Positions 60,201 through 64,000 of a stretch of 64,000 nucleotides of DNA are shown piece by piece. The first letter of the stretch is position 1; every line of letters starts with the position of its first letter. The notes beneath the pieces were generated by a model. The model made no database searches. It saw nothing but the letters and a program-made list of their open reading frames with translations, and had not been told where the DNA came from. This stretch comes from Dendrobates tinctorius (taxonomy: Eukaryota). A program made the position numbers and the translations under genes. Location: NCBI RefSeq assembly GCF_039654945.1, contig NW_027361924.1:4464001-4528000 (forward strand). The letters run 5' to 3'.

Positions 60201-63200
60201 AAGTCGGAGTGGGTCTTTGTAGGAAGTGGGGGGTGGGTCTTGTCTCTACAGGAAGTGGGGGTGGGTCTTTGTCTCTACAGGAAGTGGGGGTGAGTCTTTG
60301 TAGGAAGTGGGAGTGGGTGTTTGTAGGAAGTGGGGGTGGGTCTTTGTCTGTACAGGAAGTGGGGGTGGGTCTTTGTAGGAAGTGAGAGTGGGTCTTTGTA
60401 GGATGTCGGGGTGGTCTTTGTCTCTACAGGAAGTGGGGGTGAGTCTTTGTAGGAAGTGGGAGTGGGTGTTTGTAGGAAGTGGGGGTGGGTCTTTGTCTGT
60501 ACAGGAAGTGGGGGTGGGTCTTTGTAGGAAGTGAGAGTGGGTCTTTGTAGGAGGTGGGGGTGGGTCTTTGTCTCTACAGGAAGTGGAGGTGAGTCTTTGT
60601 AGGAAGTGAGAGTGGGTGTTTGTAGGAAGTGGGGGTGGGTCTTTGTCTCTACAAGAAGTGGAGGTGAGTCTTTGTAGGAAGTGGGAGTGGGTGTTTGTAG
60701 GAAGTGGGTCTTTGTCTCTACAGGAAGTGGGGGTGGGTCTTTGTAGAAGTTGAAGTGGGTCTTTGTTGGAAGTGGGGGTGGGTCTTTGTCTCTACAGGAA
60801 GTGGGGGTGAGTCTTTGTAGGAAGTGGGAGTGGGTGTTTGTAGGAAGTGGGGGTGGGTCTTTGTCTGTACAGGAAGTGGGGGTGGGTCTTTGTAGGAAGT
60901 GAGAGTGGGTCTTTGTAGGAAGTGGGGGTGGGTCTTTGTCTCTACAGGAAGTGGAGGTGAGTCTTTGTAGGAAGTGGGAGTGGGTGTTTGTAGGAAGTGG
61001 GGGTGGGTCTTTGTCTGTACAGGAAGTGGGGGTGGGTCTTTGTAGGAAGTGAGAGTGGGTCTTTGTAGGAAGTGGGGGTGGGTCTTTGTAGGAAGTGAGA
61101 GTGGGTCTTTGTAGGAAGTGGGGGTGGGTCTTTGTCTGTACAGGATGTGGGGGTGGGTCTTTGTAGAAGTTGAAGTGGGTCTTTGTCGGAAGTGGGGGTG
61201 GGTCTTTGTCTCTACAGGAAGTGGAGGTGAGTCTTTGTAGGAAGTGGGAGTGGGTGTTTGTAGGAAGTGGGAGTGGGTCTTTGTAGGAAGTGGGGGTGGG
61301 TCTTTGTAGGAAGTGGGGGTGGGTCTTTGTCTGTACAGGAAGTGTGGGTGGGTCTTTGTCTCTACAGGAAGTGGGGGTGGGTCTTTGTTGGAAGTGGGGG
61401 TGGGTCTTTGTTGGAAGTGTGGGTGGGTCTTTGTCTCTACAGGAAGTGGGGGTGGGTCTTTGTTGGAAGTGGGGGTGGGTCTTTGTCTATAGGAAGTGGG
61501 GGGTGGGTGTTTGTTTCTCAATAGGAAGTGGGGGGTGGGTCTTTGTCTCTCTGATCTACTGTCTGTCAAACCACATAACAGAGAAACGACTTTCATCTTA
61601 GGGCAGACAAGCCATTGGACAATGATAGAAGTAATGCATACTGGGAAGTGAAGGAAAGGAAGTTTCAGCACCTATAGTGCTGGCAGAATGCAGGCACCAC
61701 CACCCCCCTGAAGGCAAGTTACAGAGCATATTAAACTGGCCTGTGCACCAAAACCAGTTGCACCTTGTTGTGAGCGATGCCGGCAGCTTTTCTACAGGTT
61801 TTACATGAAAGGTCAGGTTTGCTTTCAATGATGCTCCCTGGACAAGTCCACATAATACCGCCATATTCACTGTACAAAATGCATAATAAAAGGATATGAT
61901 TCCACAAGTTCAGCTACAGCGGGAAGGGATGCGAGCCGGGTTCCTTCCACGTCCTCTGCGTACATTCCCTCAAACAGGAAGGGGCCATTCAGATACTCCA
62001 CATAGGCGGCCTTATCAATAAATGTATTAGTCAGAGCAGCTTGTACCTGTTCACACTTGTTTCTTTCTGGTCAGTTTTAGTATTTTTGCAATTTAACAAA
62101 AAAGCTCATTTTAGGGTCTATAGTAAGATTGTGACATGACTGGGAGTCTGCACGGGACGGGGACAGCACTATGATGTCATGAATGATGAGGGGGCTGGAC
62201 AGGGTAACATCAAGCCACTCCCATAATTAGGTTTATTATTTGGGGAGTACCTTGTGTGCATCCAGCTCTTGCTGATGCTTGTCCTCTTTCTCTTGCTTCA
62301 CCCTCTCCAGAGTCTCATTCTGATTCAGCTCCTCGATAGAATACTGGTACTTCACGTTAGCAATGTCCCTCTATGGTACAAAAAGGAGGCTTTAAGGGGG
62401 TTGTCCACTACGATTATATTGATGGCCTAACCTTAGGATAGGTCATCAATATCAGACTGGCGAGGATGCAACACTCTGCTCCCCTGCCGGTCGGATGGGA
62501 TCAGTTGCACAGAACAAATCTGTCAACTGTATAGTGGCTGTAGCCACTACTCCCATGCGTAAGAATAGGTGCATTTGTGCAGTACTTGACAACTATAATG
62601 TTGACGGATCTGCACCATGCGCAGATCCGAAACTGATCTCATGCAACTGGCAGGGCTACCAAGTGCTGCATCCTCGCCGATCTGATAATGATGACCTATC
62701 CTAAGATTAGGCCATCAATATATATAAACTGAAAAACCCCTTTAAATTAAAGGCTCTGTGCCACTGCCACATTTATATTTCAATAATGTAGATTTATGCA
62801 TTTACTTACTTTATCAATTGACACCTATTAAAAAATGTTTTATTACGAAGACCTGTTATCCTAATGATAGAGCCCCCCATATGATGGCCTTTGTGCATCC
62901 ATGAAAAAAACCTTCAATGGTGGCGTGCGCGGTCACACCTCAGTCTCTTTCTATTCTTTGCTGTGGGAAGTAATCCACAGTGAAGCCAGATCTTGAGGAC
63001 TCGGACAGCTCTATGCAAGTGCGGTGATAGATTTGCATGGAACAGAGCTTAGAGTTGGGACCCCCTTTACTACGGTCCTCGGCTATGGTAATACTGCAGA
63101 GAAAAGAACAATGTACATACTATGTTCTCGTCTACAAGTCGGAAGTCCAGGTACACCAGGTCAGGCAGATGAGCCGCCAGGAATAATTTATAATGTTCAT

Positions 63201-63267
63201 CTTCTGACAGTGGATTTCCAGATAGATTCAGGGTCCTGAGATGCTTGAATCTGCGGAGGTAGATGAG
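55235..63267 (-). CDS. DRC3: Dynein regulatory complex subunit 3 (LRRC48), 3' part; exons 63121-63267, 62251-62370, 61898-62010, 59391-59565, 58941-59072, 58611-58681, 56329-56452, 56098-56229, 55235-55345; 5' exons lie beyond the window
   Basis: LIYLRRFKHLRTLNLSGNP (LRR/LRRcap), AYVEYLNGPFLF, NIFDYGL, LFVDKDTIINAV, LKIDNREDELV, RNRKRVAEINAYID*. Frame is kept only if two AT-AC introns are used. Confidence 0.95.
57162..57225. repeat. (TA)n microsatellite
   Basis: About 32 TA units. Confidence 0.95.
57305..58330. mobile_element. Truncated TTAA-type non-autonomous DNA transposon in the second DRC3 AT-AC intron
   Basis: Begins TTAACCTC; resembles common frog repeats; right end unclear. Confidence 0.4.
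59566..61897 (-). other. DRC3: U12-type AT-AC intron of DRC3
   Basis: 5'ss ATATCCTTTT, branch site TTCCTTAGC (59577-59585), 3' end cctcAC; splits a Ser codon TC|C. Confidence 0.92.
59683..61548. repeat. 23/29-bp G-rich minisatellite inside the first DRC3 AT-AC intron
   Basis: Unit AGGAAGTGGGGGTGGGTCTTTGT +/- CTCTAC. Confidence 0.95.
62396..62741. mobile_element. T2/Kolobok-type MITE
   Basis: TTAA|GGGGGTTGTCC ... AAACCCCT|TTAA with extended internal inverted repeats. Confidence 0.7.
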
Positions 63268-64000
63268 CTGGAGGCAAGGAAATAACATGGTGTCATGTGA
63301 AGATGTCAGGAGTTTTATGCATCCCTCATAACATCATTAGTCATATAGAGAGTAAAAGGGGCTGCACGGGGGAGAAAAATGTGCCTGCTTTCTTCTTAAA
63401 CAGAACCACCCTGTCCACAGGTTGTGTCAGGTACTGCAGCTTGGCTACAGTCACTTCAATACAGCTCAGACACAAAACATGGACAGGTGCGGTGCCGATT
63501 TTTAAGACTGGATTCAGATATCTGTGTGTTTCATGGTCAGAGTACGGCCCACAGTGTGAGGACTGGCAACAGGTTACCTGACCGGGATTTGACAGCCTTA
63601 AATATGCTGCATCCGTTCTGTGTAATGCTGGTTGTTCTCAGACCATGATATACAGACATCTGAATTTGGCCTTAGAAATCAGCCATATTGCTCTGGCCCC
63701 GAAAACTCCCTTTAAGTTTAAAAAGAGTTAAATTATTCCATAACAAATTAATAGACTTTCTAGGGAGCTATGCGAGATGCACATGATATATGACAAATGT
63801 ATGGGGTCTAACTGCTGAGACCCCAGTTATCATGACAGAGCGACAGTTCACGTGACCACTGCTCCAGTCACTGCCTAGCAGTCGTGGTCGCACATGGGAA
63901 TTTGGGATCCTCATTGGGGCCGTCAGACCTCAGCGATCCTACATTTATATATCCATCTAGGGAATAGGTCATAAATGAATGATTGCAGTGCATACCCCAC

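Noticed and set aside
59678-61671. 317-aa Pro/Thr-rich ORF and plus-strand ORFs
   Set aside because: Translations of the 23/29-bp minisatellite inside a DRC3 intron.

Overview
Vertebrate genomic DNA, most likely from a neobatrachian (hyloid) frog, inferred from its MITE, DIRS, Penelope and minisatellite repertoire. It covers the block syntenic with human 17p11.2. From left to right: MYO15A (- strand; only the 4.95-kb N-terminal-extension exon is in the window), DRG2 (-, complete, 13 exons, 364 aa), GID4 (-, complete, 6 exons, 213 aa), ATPAF2 (+, complete, 8 coding exons, 286 aa, head-to-head with GID4) and the 3' part of DRC3/LRRC48 (-, 9 exons). All exon boundaries were read by hand and keep frame. 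Introns and intergenic DNA are packed with minisatellites and nested transposons. Highlights: (1) a minimal type I hammerhead ribozyme with an intact core, carried by a Penelope-like element on the sense strand of DRG2 intron 3, plus a second variant-core motif upstream of the MYO15A exon; (2) three minor-spliceosome (U12) introns: two AT-AC in DRC3 and one GT-AG in DRG2; (3) a 959-bp fold-back hAT (hATm-like) element whose long arms are built partly from transposase sequence, nested in a DIRS remnant; (4) a candidate recursive splice site upstream of the giant MYO15A exon; (5) DRG2 introns almost wholly filled by unrelated minisatellites, one creating a ~680-nt AG-free zone. No CRISPR, rRNA or tRNA genes were seen. 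No database searches were run; family assignments come from recalled motifs.
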